The notes under the pieces were generated by a model. That model was not told the origin of the DNA. It saw only the letters and a program-made list of their open reading frames with translations, and did no database searches. This document shows positions 9,589 to 18,874 of a DNA stretch of 64,000 nt, piece after piece. This DNA is from an uncultured delta proteobacterium (GTDB lineage: Bacteria; Myxococcota; Kuafuiibacteriia; Kuafuiibacteriales; Kuafuiibacteriaceae). The DNA lies in assembly GCA_963803435.1 (NCBI GenBank), contig CAWDML010000007.1, forward strand, positions 256,001 to 320,000, read 5' to 3'. Numbering within the stretch: the stretch's first letter is position 1; each line of letters opens with the position of its first letter. The position numbers were made by a program, and so were the translations under genes.

Positions 9589-10365
9589 TCAGCTCCGGCC
9601 GTTGGGCCGCCCGGGGTCGTCCTGCGCCAGGTCGGGCGCGATCAGGTGGAACGGGTCCCGCTCCAGATGCGCTCGCCACATCGAGAGCCAGGACGACCAC
9701 TGGTGGCGGCCTTCGATCACGTGCACGTCCTTCTTGGGCAGCACCGCCGCCAGCAGGGACAGCGTGCTCGCCATTCGATCCTGCGTGCCGTACATGAGAT
9801 CGATCGGCGGATCGGACCTCCCGCGCGCGTAGTCGGCCAGGAACAGCCACACGAACTCCACGTCCTCGTAGGGCGGGTTGGGCCACCACCGCCGCAAGCC
9901 ACCTTGCGCTTTGATCTCCCGCGCGAACATCCTGGGCCCGAGGAACGGTGCGAACAGGATCAAGCCGTCGACCTGCTCCGGATGGCGCCGTGCATAGAGG
10001 AGCGCACCCAGCCCTCCGATCGAGACGCCGAGCAGGATCACGCGCCGGAAGCCGCGGCGGCGCGCCGGCAGCATCACGTCCTCGTGAATGCGCTCCGCCA
10101 GATCGCCGTCGAGGAAGTACGCGACCTTGATCTCGATCGCGATCGCGTCCACATCCGCGTGGCGCGCCTCCAGCTCCTGGACGAAATGATGGGCGCGAAA
10201 GCTCTCCGGCCGATCGCCGGCGCCGTGGATCATCACCAGCAGAGTGCGGCTCTTCGAGCTCACCGGAAACTCCACCGTTCTAAGCGGCCCGCTCGATGAT
10301 CCGAGGATGAGGGTCCGACAGCCGCCGAGAAGAGGGATCAGGGCTACGACCGCGAGCGCTCTCAC
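9589..10365 (-). CDS. Alpha/beta hydrolase lipoprotein
   Basis: GTG 10365 gives MRALAVVALIPLLGGC; HGAGD, GVSIGG, GRHQW. Confidence 0.8.
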   Translation of the reverse strand: MRALAVVALIPLLGGCRTLILGSSSGPLRTVEFPVSSKSRTLLVMIHGAGDRPESFRAHHFVQELEARHADVDAIAIEIKVAYFLDGDLAERIHEDVMLPARRRGFRRVILLGVSIGGLGALLYARRHPEQVDGLILFAPFLGPRMFAREIKAQGGLRRWWPNPPYEDVEFVWLFLADYARGRSDPPIDLMYGTQDRMASTLSLLAAVLPKKDVHVIEGRHQWSSWLSMWRAHLERDPFHLIAPDLAQDDPGRPNGRS

Positions 10366-10377
10366 GGGTGGAGATCG

Positions 10378-10393
10378 TGCACGCGACATGCCG
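10378..10393 (-). promoter_or_regulatory. sigma54 -24/-12 element
   Basis: CGGCATGTCGCGTGCA; C 14 nt before GTG 10365. Confidence 0.65.
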
Positions 10394-10434
10394 ACGGCGC
10401 TGCGCATCGTGGAGCGGCCTTTTTCGCCGCGTGC

Positions 10435-10450
10435 TGGAACGCTCGGTGCA
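10435..10450 (+). promoter_or_regulatory. sigma54 -24/-12 element
   Basis: TGGAACGCTCGGTGCA; C 14 nt before ATG 10463. Confidence 0.7.
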
Positions 10451-10462
10451 GGCGATCGGACC

Positions 10463-10927
10463 ATGCAGCCGTTCGAGAAGATCCTGGTGCCGATCGACTT
10501 CTCTCGGGGCTCATTTCAGGCGGCACGACGTGCAGTCATGCTCGCCCCGCCGCTGGGGCGGGTCGACCTGCTCCACGTCGCCCGCATTCCCGTCGCGGTG
10601 CTCACCCCGCCGTCGGATCTCCCGCTCGACGACAGCTCGACGATGATCGATCTGCAGGAGACCACCAGCGCGCTGGAGGCCGAGCTGCACGGCGTCCGGA
10701 ACACGTTGCGCCGTCTCAACCCCGAGGTCCACGTGACGACGCAGGTGATCTACGGCGACCCGGCCGCGGTGATCATCTCCGAGTCGAAGGACTACGATCT
10801 CGTGGTAGTCGGGGCCAGCCACCACCGGGGTCGACTCAGCCGCTTCTTCCTGGGGAGCGTCGCCGCCAAGGCGGTCGAAGAGGCCAAGTGTCCCGTGCTG
10901 GTCGAGCGGGAGCTCGTCAACGAGTGA
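10463..10927 (+). CDS. Universal stress protein (UspA family)
   Basis: KILVPIDFS, GDPAAVI, DLVVVGA, FFLGSVA, CPVLV. Confidence 0.9.
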   Translation: MQPFEKILVPIDFSRGSFQAARRAVMLAPPLGRVDLLHVARIPVAVLTPPSDLPLDDSSTMIDLQETTSALEAELHGVRNTLRRLNPEVHVTTQVIYGDPAAVIISESKDYDLVVVGASHHRGRLSRFFLGSVAAKAVEEAKCPVLVERELVNE

Positions 10928-11369
10928 GCTCCCGGCGAAGCTTCTCATAACCTTCCTTGAGCTCTTCGATCAGGAGCTCGGTGGCTGCCGCGACCTCACT
11001 CACCGCCTCCCGAGAGGTGTCGCGGACCGCGCCGGCCTTCCCCATCAGCTTCGACCACCGTGACTCGAGCTTCTCGAAGGCTTCCTTGGCCTCGCTGCGG
11101 GCCAGGTGCATGCGAACGTGCACCTCGTCTCGAAGCTGGGCGAGGTCGAGCATGCGCGTCTCCACCTCGGGGACGGCGTCTGCCCGCGCTCGACCGATCC
11201 TCTCCGCTTCACGGAGCTCGCCGGTGTCGTGCTCCACGGCCTCCTTCGCTTCTTCTGCGAGCCGCCCCACGTCCTTCGTCTTGAGCGTCTCGCGGACGCC
11301 CTCGCGGTACTTCTGATCCGCGGTGCGGCTCCCCTCGCCCTCGTTCTTCTGGTCGTTCTTTCGGGACAT
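10917..11369 (-). CDS. Hypothetical helical stress protein
   Basis: RBS AGGAG; NEGEGSRTAD N-terminal half and LRDEVHVRMHLARSEAK C-terminal half. Confidence 0.7.
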   Translation of the reverse strand: MSRKNDQKNEGEGSRTADQKYREGVRETLKTKDVGRLAEEAKEAVEHDTGELREAERIGRARADAVPEVETRMLDLAQLRDEVHVRMHLARSEAKEAFEKLESRWSKLMGKAGAVRDTSREAVSEVAAATELLIEELKEGYEKLRRELTR

Positions 11370-11397
11370 GCTCGGTGCTCCTTTCGAGGACCAGAGG

Positions 11398-11413
11398 AGC
11401 AGCGACCGTGCCA
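11398..11413 (-). promoter_or_regulatory. sigma54 -24/-12 element
   Basis: TGGCACGGTCGCTGCT; C 30 nt before ATG 11369. Confidence 0.75.
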
Positions 11414-11524
11414 CCGTCCTGAATGGAAGGATCTGCGCCCGGGGCGGAGGTCCCTTTGAGCGCACCGACGGGCGGCCGTGACGTTCCTGCGGCAGGATCA
11501 GGCCGAGAGCCCTGCCCCATCTTT

Positions 11525-11540
11525 TGGTATGAAGCCTGCT
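11525..11540 (+). promoter_or_regulatory. sigma54 -24/-12 element
   Basis: TGGTATGAAGCCTGCT; C 25 nt before ATG 11564. Confidence 0.75.
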
Positions 11541-11563
11541 CCTCTAGGCGTCGAGCTTCACCG

Positions 11564-12814
11564 ATGGTCGCCGTCGCAAAATGTCTGGAACACCCATTCC
11601 TCGACTTGGGCGGCCTGCTGGCGCCCCCGGAATACTTTCCGCCGGCCGACTGCCGGGCGCTCCGCGAGGTCGGGCGCGGCGGAATGGCCGTCGTGTACGA
11701 GGCCTGCGATCAGAGCCACGAACGGCTCGCGCTCAAGGTGAGCCTCCCGACGCTCCCCCACAGCGAGCTGGTTCGCTTCCGCCAGGAGGCGACCATCGGG
11801 CACCGTCTCCAGCACCCGGGCGTCCCGCGCATTCACGGCCACGGCCACTTCGACGGCGGTGTCTGGATCACGATGGAGTTCGTCGACGGTACCTCGCTCG
11901 AGGACCGGCTGGACGATCCGTCCTTCTCGGCGGCCGAGCGCCTGAGCGTGCTCGACTCCGTCGCCGATACGCTTCAGCATGCGCACGAGCGCGGCGTGGT
12001 TCACCGGGACGTGAAGCCGTCGAACATCGTCCTCGGCCCCGACCATCCCAAGCTCCTCGACTTCGGGATCGCCAAGATCACTAACGTCGCCATGACGAAC
12101 TCGGAGCGCATGGTGGGCACGCCCACACACATGGCTCCGGAGCAGCTTTTTGGCGACGAGATCGATCACCGCGCCGACATCTTTCAGCTGGGCGTGCTCA
12201 CCTACGAGCTCTTCGCCACCGGGCGGCCCTGGGAGGGCGAGCACCCGGTCCGGCTCGCCTGGGCGGTTTGCTACGAGGAGCCTGCCTCGCTCTCCGATCA
12301 CGTTCAGCCGGACCTTCGCCTCCCGCGGGAGGTGCTCGATCCGCTGGAGCAGCTGGTCAGGTCGTCCCTCTCTCGGGAGCCGGACGATCGGCCTGCCACC
12401 GCGGCCGAGTTCCGCGGTCGGATCCAGGCGCTGCGCCGGGCGATCGGCAGCGACACCGACGTCCGGTTCGGGGCCCCGGTCTGGAACATCGCCGACTCGC
12501 TGATCCTGCTGGGACGCTCGAGCCTGTCGACGTTCCTCCCGCCCAGCCGCCAGCTCCTCCTCGCGCGCACCGCCGACGAGGCGCTGGGCCACCTGCTCGC
12601 CGAGCCGCGGCGGCGGCTCATCATCGACTGCGACGCCGTCGGACACGAGTCGGTGCTCGACATCCTCGACGTCATCGGGTCGTGGAGGCAGGACGAGGCC
12701 ATCACGCTCCTCTGCAACGACCCCGAGTGGCACGGCGTCTACGCGCTGCGGGGCGTCCGCGTGATCCCGCAGCACGCCGTCGGCGAGATCTACGACGACC
12801 TCCTGGCGGTCTGA
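11564..12814 (+). CDS. Soluble Hanks-type Ser/Thr kinase with C-terminal receiver-like domain
   Basis: GRGGMAVVY, ALK, HRDVKPSN, DFGIAK, GTPTHMAPEQ; no TM segment. Confidence 0.9.
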   Translation: MVAVAKCLEHPFLDLGGLLAPPEYFPPADCRALREVGRGGMAVVYEACDQSHERLALKVSLPTLPHSELVRFRQEATIGHRLQHPGVPRIHGHGHFDGGVWITMEFVDGTSLEDRLDDPSFSAAERLSVLDSVADTLQHAHERGVVHRDVKPSNIVLGPDHPKLLDFGIAKITNVAMTNSERMVGTPTHMAPEQLFGDEIDHRADIFQLGVLTYELFATGRPWEGEHPVRLAWAVCYEEPASLSDHVQPDLRLPREVLDPLEQLVRSSLSREPDDRPATAAEFRGRIQALRRAIGSDTDVRFGAPVWNIADSLILLGRSSLSTFLPPSRQLLLARTADEALGHLLAEPRRRLIIDCDAVGHESVLDILDVIGSWRQDEAITLLCNDPEWHGVYALRGVRVIPQHAVGEIYDDLLAV

Positions 12815-12826
12815 GATCACGAGGTC

Positions 12827-14149
12827 TCAGCTCGGCGGGACGCCCACGTGGTCGAGCGCCGCCAGATACTCCTGCTCGGCACTCCGCTGGGCCTCGATCA
12901 CCGCACGGGCCAGCTCACCGAGCGCCAGCTCCTCTTCGGGCACCGCACACCGGGAGCGGATAGCGTCGACGACGTCGCGCTCCGTCATGCTGAACGGCGA
13001 ACGCGAGGGTACGTAGCCGGGATCCTCAGCGTCCCCGGACTCGACCTCGAGGATCAGCCCGGCCGACATCATGTCATCGATCGTCCGCCGCACCGACGAG
13101 GAAGGCCAGCCGGCGCTCTCGAGCTCGGAGACCCGCGTCGCGCCGTCGCCGGCGTTGAACCGCAGTGCGAGCTGCGCCGCCAGCAGCATGGCGAGGCGCT
13201 CCCGATCGCGCACCGACAGCTCGGTCTGCTGGATGCCGGGTCGCTCCGAGCTCCGGGCCGTCTGGATCGCAAAGACCAGGTTCGCGCCGAACAGGATCAC
13301 GATCCAGCTGAGGTAGACGCTGAGAATGAACAGCGGGATCGCACCCAGCGAGCCGTAGATTTGGGAGTAGGAGATCGCGTGCGTCGCGTAGAGCGTGAAG
13401 AGCCGCTGCGCCAGCACCCAGAGGGCGCCGGCGAGCGCGCCTCCGATGAGCGCGGGACCGGTCCTGACCTTGGCGTTGGGGACGATGCGGTAGAGGAGAC
13501 CAAAGAAGAGCCCGGCAGCGATGAACGGCGTCAGCAGCGTGAGCGCGTGGAGGAACGGCACCTGACGCAGCAGAGTGCGGAAGGCGCTGCTGGTGGTCAC
13601 CGCGGTGGTGGCGGACAGCGAGATGCCGAGCATGAGGGGGCCGACCGTGATCAACGGCCAGTAGACCTGGAACCGAGCGAGCAGCGTGCGCCCTCGCTTC
13701 ACGCCCCAGATCTGGTTGAAAGTGGTCTCGATGTTGGAGAGGAGGGAGAGCGCCGAGAAGAACAGCAGGAGCAAGCCGATCCCGCCGATCGCCCCCGTGT
13801 TGGTGTTGGTGATGAAGCGATCGAGGTGTGCCCCGATGGCCCCGCTGTCGCCGACCGAGAGGCTCTGGAGCACGAAGTCCCTGATCCGACGTGCGACCTG
13901 CTCGAGGGAGGTGAACGCAGTGAGCAGCGAGAAAATGACCGCGAGCGCAGGCACCAGCGAGATGAGCGTGACCACGGTCAGGGAGCCAGCGCGGACCTGC
14001 ACGTCGTCGCGGCGCAGCGAGTCGAACACCAGATAGATCCCGCGACCCGCGATCAGCCGGCGGCGCCCCCATCGATCGCTCTCTTCAAAGGCCGACCTGG
14101 ACCACAGGTGATCGCGGAGGTGCACCAGCCACTCGGGATCCTTCATCAT
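12827..14149 (-). CDS. YihY/BrkB family membrane protein with C-terminal winged-helix-like extension
   Basis: LISLVP, IETTFNQIWG, LYRIVPN, YSQIYGSLGAIPLFILSVYLSW. Confidence 0.9.
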   Translation of the reverse strand: MMKDPEWLVHLRDHLWSRSAFEESDRWGRRRLIAGRGIYLVFDSLRRDDVQVRAGSLTVVTLISLVPALAVIFSLLTAFTSLEQVARRIRDFVLQSLSVGDSGAIGAHLDRFITNTNTGAIGGIGLLLLFFSALSLLSNIETTFNQIWGVKRGRTLLARFQVYWPLITVGPLMLGISLSATTAVTTSSAFRTLLRQVPFLHALTLLTPFIAAGLFFGLLYRIVPNAKVRTGPALIGGALAGALWVLAQRLFTLYATHAISYSQIYGSLGAIPLFILSVYLSWIVILFGANLVFAIQTARSSERPGIQQTELSVRDRERLAMLLAAQLALRFNAGDGATRVSELESAGWPSSSVRRTIDDMMSAGLILEVESGDAEDPGYVPSRSPFSMTERDVVDAIRSRCAVPEEELALGELARAVIEAQRSAEQEYLAALDHVGVPPS

Positions 14150-14355
14150 CGATTCCGGAGGCGATCCTTCACCGGCACGGGCTCGTCGTCGGGTCGATCG
14201 GGCGGCGCCTGGGGCGGCCGGGGAGGCTCGTGCTCGGGACGGTGGGGCTCGAGCGGGGGCTCGGACGGAGGTTGGATCTCCGGCTTGTCCGGGCCGGTGG
14301 GTTCTTCGACGTCGGGCTGGGGCGGCAACCAGACCGCCTGGATGCGGTGGCTCAT
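14146..14355 (-). CDS. Small Pro/Glu-rich protein
   Basis: PPQPDVEEPTGPDKPEIQPP...; stop overlaps the yihY start. Confidence 0.55.
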   Translation of the reverse strand: MSHRIQAVWLPPQPDVEEPTGPDKPEIQPPSEPPLEPHRPEHEPPRPPQAPPDRPDDEPVPVKDRLRNR

Positions 14356-14367
14356 CGTCATACGTAG

Positions 14368-14383
14368 AGCAATCGCCGTACCA
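14368..14383 (-). promoter_or_regulatory. sigma54 -24/-12 element
   Basis: TGGTACGGCGATTGCT; C 14 nt before ATG 14355. Confidence 0.75.
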
Positions 14384-17300
14384 TCAGAAGCGCGTCGTCC
14401 ACAGGATGTCAGCGCCGCCGTTGCCGCGATCTCCGTACGACGCCTCCAGCATCCAGCCGTAGCCGAAGAGAACCCGGACGATGCCCTCGTTCGTGTTCTG
14501 ATCGACGTCCGCCCCGATGCGATAGTTGTAGGCGACGAAGATGCGCTGCGTGATCCATTTGCCGACGAGCACGCCGCTGGCGCGCGCCCCATCTCCGACG
14601 CCGACGGAGAGCGTGTCGATCGGGAGTCGACTCTTGATCTGATTCTGGATCTGCCCCACCAGGAATCCCGCTGCGGCCCCGGCGGCCTGCTCGCCGAGAG
14701 CGGCGTCGGATTGCGATGCATCGGGGCTGCCGCCCAGCACGAAGCCGAGCAGCTGCTCGCGTGTATAGCCCCCGGGATCCGAGGTCAGCTCGAGCTTCGG
14801 TGACGAAGGCGTGCCGTCGACGTTCACGTAGACCACCACGGTCTCGAAGTCGTGATAGATTCGCACGTTCAGCTCGGGCTCCTTCGCGCTACCTCCTGGG
14901 AAGGTGATGTCGGCGCGCTCGATGTACCAGCTCCGCCCGCCGAAGAGCTGGATCGTGCCCTCACCCACCGAGACGCCGCCCTTGGCGATCAGGCCCTCGG
15001 GGCTCGTCTCGATCGTGAGGTCGATCTTCGCGCTGGCATCGAGCTCGTCGCTGTGGAGCGGGATCGCGCCCTTCGTCTTGACGTGGAACCTCATCTGCAC
15101 CGGCGGCGGCCCGGAGCTCGCCTGCTCCCGAGCTTCGACCGGGCCGGGGCCGACCTCCTGCCCGAGGTGCTGGACGATCGCCACGTTGTCGAAGCGCTCG
15201 ATCGGCGCCACGTCCTTCGCACCGCTCTCGATCTTCGCCGAGCCCTTCGTGATCACGGCTTCGCCCGTGATCAAGCCGTCCTTGGTCTCGACGCGATAGT
15301 CGACCTGGAGATCGGTCTTCACCAGCCGCGGACCGGCGGCCAGGGTGAGATCGTCCAGCTTCAAGCTCCCGGTCAGGTTCGGCTGCGTCAAGGCAGGGAG
15401 GTGTCCGTGACCGGTGAGCTGGAAGCTGCCGTCTCCCGACCGACCCTCCACCCCGTAGATGGCGTCGTCGCCGGCGAAGCGGAGATCGATGGTCGTGTGC
15501 TCGATCGGCGGTACCGGGTACTGGAGGATCGCGCGGAGCTCCTTCACCTCGACCCTTCCCTCGAAGTGCGGATCCTCTCGCGTGCCCGACAGCGACAGAT
15601 CGGCTTCGAGGTTGCCGGCGACGCCGCCCAGCGTGCCCCTCGTCTTGGAGGCCAGGAGCGAGAGAAAGTCCAGATCGAAGCGTGCCGCGTGCAGGCGGCC
15701 GACCACGGCGCGATCGCGTCCCAGGCCGAGCGAGGTCTCGAGGTGGAGCTCACCTCCGGCCTTTTCGTCCATCCGAACGTTGGCGGCGAGCGCCGCGCGC
15801 GTGAGCTCGACGTGAGCCTGGATCGCGGTGAACACGGTCGAGTGGACGGAGGCGTCGTTCGAGGAGAGATCCGCGGTGAAGAGCGGATCGTCGAGCGACC
15901 CACTCAGCTTCCCGTCGATCGCGAGCGCGCCGCTGATCTGCTCGTTCGCATCGAAGAGCTGCTGGAACAACTCCAGGGGGAACGCGTCGGCGTGGAGCTC
16001 TCCCGTCACGGGGAGGCGCGTCAATTGGGATGGTGACATCTCGATCAGTCGTCGCAGTACGCGCGGAACCGCCGCCTTGAACTCGAGCACGCTCCGCGTC
16101 GCCTCCGCCACGCGCCCACGGACCGCGGTACGTCCCCCGGACGAGGTGATGGTGGCGGTCATCGCCAGCGGCTCCGCGAGCGGAGGCGCGACCAGGTCCG
16201 CGACGTCGACCATGCCTTTGCCTTCGACCAGGTCGAGGCGCGCGTTCAGCCGGCCGGAGGTGATCGCCCGCGTCCACGCCGCCAGCTCGACGCCCGAGAC
16301 CTCCACCTTCGCGCTCTGAACGGCCTTCGGGGTCAGCGTACGCCACGCGTCGATCGCGTAGGGATCTGCCGGTGTCCGCACGGTCGCCGCCAAGGTGGCC
16401 CGACCGGCCGGACCGGCATCCACGGATCCGCGGGCGCTCAACCGGCGGCCGGAGAGCTGCGCCTTCATCTTCACCTTCATCTCGGGGAGCTTGGGGGGCG
16501 CACCTGATGCATCGAGATCGAGATCGATCCGACCGGCGTGTTTGGCGAGCGTCGCGCGTCCCGACACCGACGACGGGCGCGACGTCGTCGACGTGCCGGC
16601 GATCGGGAAGCGATCGAAGCGGGCCTGGACCGTCCCCTGGAGCTCCGAGAGCGCGGAGACTCCCCGCTGCAAGATCCTTCGCGGCGGCATGGTCGAGACG
16701 TTGAAGGCGGCGAACAGCGCCCGGCGGCCCCGGTAGCGGCCCACGATCTGTCCGATCAGATCGCCTTGCTCGGGGATCTGGACGTGCAGCGCGATGCTCT
16801 GATCAGGACCGAGCGAGGCCAGGCGCGCGTCCTCGAGATCGATCCTGCCCACGAGCCGGCGTCCACCGTCGAGCATCGAGAGGTCTCCGGTCAGCCGGCC
16901 GCGCTCCACTGTCTCGACCCCGGCCACGCCGAGCACCGCAGGGACGTCGAGTTGCTGAAGCGTGATCCGGGCCCGCTCGATCGCCCCGAGACCGAATCCT
17001 CGATACGCCGCCGGGTCGAGGGTGCGCACCGGCAACCGGGCGCGGGCGTCGAGGGTGGCCCGACCGATCTTGGATCCGGCCAGGCTCGCGGTCACGCGGG
17101 CGCTGCGGCCGTCGAGCTTCGCGTTCACGGAGACCCGGCCCGGCACCCGGGTATGACCGGCGCCGAGCACTGTGCGGATGTACGTGGGATCGAGGTTCGA
17201 GATCTCGACCTTTGCGGAGCGAAGACGCTTCCGGCCCAGGTCGGCGTTCGCGTTCAGCTCGATCCTTCCGGCGGAGCCGGCGAGCACCAGATCCCGGACC

Positions 17301-18874
17301 TGCACCTGCCACCCGGCGGGCTGCGACTGCGCCTCGACGACCGGCGAACCCTCCGCCCGCCAGCTTCGCCCGAAGAGCGTGGCCGCCAGGCGACCAATTG
17401 TGAGGCGCGCGCGCTCGCCGCCGTGCGAGGCCGAGCGGATCCGGAGTGCCAGGTGCGGCACCGAAACGTCGCCGACGGCGAGATCGGTCGCCTCGATGCC
17501 GGCCGTCCCCATCAACGACGGCAGCTCACCCGACGCCTTCGCGTCGACCGACAGCGAGCCGGAGACCCTGGCGCTCGGCGGCATCACCGCTCGGAGATCG
17601 CGCACCACGAGGTGGACCTCCGAGGGCGCCAGCGCGAAGCGCCCCTTCACCAGCGCACCCGCCAGGCCGAAGCGCGCGCGCGCGACGGTCGACTCCAGGC
17701 GGCCGCCCGCGGCGAATCGGTGATCCTTCGCCGAGGCCGTGAGCTCGAACGCGCGCACGTCGAGCGCGGGGACGTCCTCGGAGTAGCGAAGCCGGCCCGA
17801 GAGGCGGGCGTGCGCGCGGCCGGTGAGCTCGGCGAGCGTCGTGCCCTCGACATCGACGGAGATCGCACCCTCGAGCGCACCGGCGGGGGCCTGGTCGTAG
17901 AGCGCGCTCGGATCGACCGGGCCCTTCACGGCGAGGCCCAGCTTCAAGCGATCGAGGTTCGCGCCCGCGGTGGCGGTCAGCGAGAGCGGCGTGTTGCGTT
18001 CGCCGAGCCAGCCCCGGGCGTCGAGGTACCACGGCGCCCCACCGGTGTGCTCGACACCTCCGAGCAGCCCGATCGTTCCGCTCAGGCCGCTCGCGCCGGT
18101 CAGCGCGGAGAGGCTCCTCGAGTCCGCCGTCAACTCGAAGCGCGCGCGCACGTCGCCTGCGCGCACCATGAGCTCGTCGATCCGGCCGGAGCTGCCCAGT
18201 CGGTCCCGGAAATGGAACGCCGACAGGGCGAGCTGGTCCGGTCGGATCGACGTGCTTCCGCTCAACTCGAGACGGCTCGGGTACGCCGACGGCTCGAAGC
18301 CGAGGTCCGCCACTCGTGCGTCGATCCGATCCTCGCGAATCGAGGCGCGCGCCCACAGATCGATCGCTCGGATCTCCTGCGCGGCCGCATCCGGCGCAGC
18401 GTACGAGACGTAGCCGTCGAGGATCCGAGCCGACGCCACCTCGATCGGCAACGGCGTGTAGCCGCCGCCTGCGGAGGCCGTCGAGGTGCCGCTGCCGAAG
18501 ATCTCGGCGATGTTGAGCCGCCCGTGCGCGTCGGCCCTCAGGTACAGGCGCGGGCGGACCACCTGGACCCGGTCGAGGCGAAGCACGTGATCGATGATCA
18601 ACGAGGCGATGTCTGGATCCACGCGGACCGCGTCGATCTCGAGCACCGGTCGACCCGAGGCATCGCGGAGAACCACGTTCCTCAGCGTGGCGCGGTGAAG
18701 GAGTATGCCTTCGAGGGCGCCGAGCTCGATCCTGCCGTGCAGCGTTTCGTTGAGCCTGGACTCGAGGAGCTCGAGGGCCTGCGCGCGAAAGAAGGAGGTA
18801 TGGACCAGCAGCGCGGCGCCGACGAGCACGATCGCGACCGAGACGATCGCGATGCGGAAGATCTTGCCGATCAA
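14384..18874 (-). CDS. tamB: Translocation/assembly module TamB-like (AsmA-like) protein
   Basis: ~1500 aa, N-terminal TM anchor, beta-taenia-like repeats, DUF490-like C-terminus (VDGTPSSPKLELTSDP, VGKWITQRIFV, DILWTTRF); TTG start overlaps the tamA stop. Confidence 0.85.
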   Translation of the reverse strand: MIGKIFRIAIVSVAIVLVGAALLVHTSFFRAQALELLESRLNETLHGRIELGALEGILLHRATLRNVVLRDASGRPVLEIDAVRVDPDIASLIIDHVLRLDRVQVVRPRLYLRADAHGRLNIAEIFGSGTSTASAGGGYTPLPIEVASARILDGYVSYAAPDAAAQEIRAIDLWARASIREDRIDARVADLGFEPSAYPSRLELSGSTSIRPDQLALSAFHFRDRLGSSGRIDELMVRAGDVRARFELTADSRSLSALTGASGLSGTIGLLGGVEHTGGAPWYLDARGWLGERNTPLSLTATAGANLDRLKLGLAVKGPVDPSALYDQAPAGALEGAISVDVEGTTLAELTGRAHARLSGRLRYSEDVPALDVRAFELTASAKDHRFAAGGRLESTVARARFGLAGALVKGRFALAPSEVHLVVRDLRAVMPPSARVSGSLSVDAKASGELPSLMGTAGIEATDLAVGDVSVPHLALRIRSASHGGERARLTIGRLAATLFGRSWRAEGSPVVEAQSQPAGWQVQVRDLVLAGSAGRIELNANADLGRKRLRSAKVEISNLDPTYIRTVLGAGHTRVPGRVSVNAKLDGRSARVTASLAGSKIGRATLDARARLPVRTLDPAAYRGFGLGAIERARITLQQLDVPAVLGVAGVETVERGRLTGDLSMLDGGRRLVGRIDLEDARLASLGPDQSIALHVQIPEQGDLIGQIVGRYRGRRALFAAFNVSTMPPRRILQRGVSALSELQGTVQARFDRFPIAGTSTTSRPSSVSGRATLAKHAGRIDLDLDASGAPPKLPEMKVKMKAQLSGRRLSARGSVDAGPAGRATLAATVRTPADPYAIDAWRTLTPKAVQSAKVEVSGVELAAWTRAITSGRLNARLDLVEGKGMVDVADLVAPPLAEPLAMTATITSSGGRTAVRGRVAEATRSVLEFKAAVPRVLRRLIEMSPSQLTRLPVTGELHADAFPLELFQQLFDANEQISGALAIDGKLSGSLDDPLFTADLSSNDASVHSTVFTAIQAHVELTRAALAANVRMDEKAGGELHLETSLGLGRDRAVVGRLHAARFDLDFLSLLASKTRGTLGGVAGNLEADLSLSGTREDPHFEGRVEVKELRAILQYPVPPIEHTTIDLRFAGDDAIYGVEGRSGDGSFQLTGHGHLPALTQPNLTGSLKLDDLTLAAGPRLVKTDLQVDYRVETKDGLITGEAVITKGSAKIESGAKDVAPIERFDNVAIVQHLGQEVGPGPVEAREQASSGPPPVQMRFHVKTKGAIPLHSDELDASAKIDLTIETSPEGLIAKGGVSVGEGTIQLFGGRSWYIERADITFPGGSAKEPELNVRIYHDFETVVVYVNVDGTPSSPKLELTSDPGGYTREQLLGFVLGGSPDASQSDAALGEQAAGAAAGFLVGQIQNQIKSRLPIDTLSVGVGDGARASGVLVGKWITQRIFVAYNYRIGADVDQNTNEGIVRVLFGYGWMLEASYGDRGNGGADILWTTRF

